From Gammaproteobacteria bacterium (GTDB taxonomy: Bacteria; Pseudomonadota; Gammaproteobacteria; Steroidobacterales; Rariloculaceae), in the NCBI GenBank assembly GCA_035548835.1, contig DASZSB010000194.1, forward strand, positions 13,832 to 77,831: a stretch of DNA of 64,000 bases, in the 5' to 3' direction. This document shows, piece after piece, positions 63,375 to 64,000 of the stretch (positions within the stretch are counted from its first letter, which is position 1; each line of letters begins with the position of its first letter). The position numbers were made by a program, and so were the translations under genes. A model generated the notes under the pieces. It was given only the letters and a program-made list of their open reading frames with translations. It was not told the DNA's origin and did no database searches.

Positions 63375-64000
63375 ATGCCTGAACCCAGCCTGAAGGTATT
63401 CGACACTCTGCCGTGGAAAGAGCGGTGGTTCGTGCGCGGCCGACTGGCCTCGGCCCCCCTGGCGGCCATGGCGGCGCGGGCCCGCGGCCGGGACCTGCTC
63501 GACGTGGGCTGCGGCCATGGGGCGCTGGTGGCGCTGCTGGCCGAGGGCCATCCGGACCGGCACGTCGTCGGCATCGACCCCGACCGGCGCAAGATCGCAT
63601 GGGCGCGCGCCTCCGTCGGCCGCCAGCCGCAAGTCGAGCTCGCGGCGTGCACCATCGAGGAGCTGGCCGCCGAGCGCCCGGCCGCTTTCGACTGCGTCTT
63701 CGTGGCCGACGTGCTGTACCTGCTCGCACCCGCCTCCTGGGCAGGGTTCCTCGCGGCGGCGCGGCGCCTGTTGCGACCGGGCGGCGTGCTCGTATTGAAG
63801 GAGGCCGAGGACGACGGCTCCTGGCGCGCCGTGAAGGCGCTGTGGCAGGAACGGCTCATGGTCTGGCTGTTGCGGCGCACGCATTCGAGCGGCGCGATCG
63901 GGTTCATGCCACGCCACGTGCTCGCGGCCGCGCTGACGCGCGCGGGCTTCGTCGTCGACGAGACGGCGAGCTACGCGCGCGGCTACACGACGCCGCACAT
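63375..64000 (+). CDS. class I SAM-dependent methyltransferase (3' end beyond the right window edge)
   Basis: Hand translation from the ATG at 63375 gives MPEPSLKVFDTLPWKERWFVRGRL...DLLDVGCGHGALVALLAE...VVGIDPD...DCVFVADVLYLL...LLRPGGVLVLKE. It is open at the window end, so it is absent from the ORF track. Confidence 0.65.
   Translation, partial: MPEPSLKVFDTLPWKERWFVRGRLASAPLAAMAARARGRDLLDVGCGHGALVALLAEGHPDRHVVGIDPDRRKIAWARASVGRQPQVELAACTIEELAAERPAAFDCVFVADVLYLLAPASWAGFLAAARRLLRPGGVLVLKEAEDDGSWRAVKALWQERLMVWLLRRTHSSGAIGFMPRHVLAAALTRAGFVVDETASYARGYTTPH

Overview
By eye this is a high-GC bacterial chromosomal segment, roughly two-thirds G+C. Its gene content looks like an environmental Gammaproteobacterium, but I cannot assign taxonomy without a search. 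I support about 70 protein genes, one riboswitch, and no rRNA, tRNA, CRISPR array or transposase. Housekeeping genes include dsbC, xerD, ETF-QO, acetoacetyl-CoA synthetase, zapE, kynA, gpmA, tesB, glnS and ubiX. Molybdenum-cofactor genes are scattered across the window: moaB, a mocA-like gene, moaEDCA, moeA, xdhC and modBC. There are five notable modules. (1) A TPP-riboswitch-controlled thiamine salvage operon on the minus strand, 14050-18104: TonB-dependent receptor, YkoF-like protein, PnuC-like transporter and ThiK-like kinase. (2) A roughly 12 kb divergent envelope locus, 36184-48111, with no assigned function. It carries CXXCH-motif lipoproteins, a LamG protein, a Tat-exported DUF1501-like protein, three outer-membrane beta-barrels, TlpA and DUF4266/DUF3570. 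This is my best candidate for an undescribed system. (3) A tightly translationally coupled Gtr/Lgm-like periplasmic glycosylation cassette with an added YdjC deacetylase and SAM methyltransferases, 58691-64000. (4) A consensus sigma-54 promoter, then a 93-codon unknown ORF, then an orphan type IV pilin, 49554-50451. (5) A partial protocatechuate 4,5-cleavage cluster (ligABCI) plus a second, stand-alone LigAB-type pair. Many very long ORFs in the track, up to 1800 aa, are antisense artefacts of the high GC content. Start codons are often GTG or TTG. I refined starts by hand from Shine-Dalgarno (SD) sequences, translational coupling and protein N-termini, and several remain uncertain. All family assignments come from recognising motifs by eye, not from database searches.
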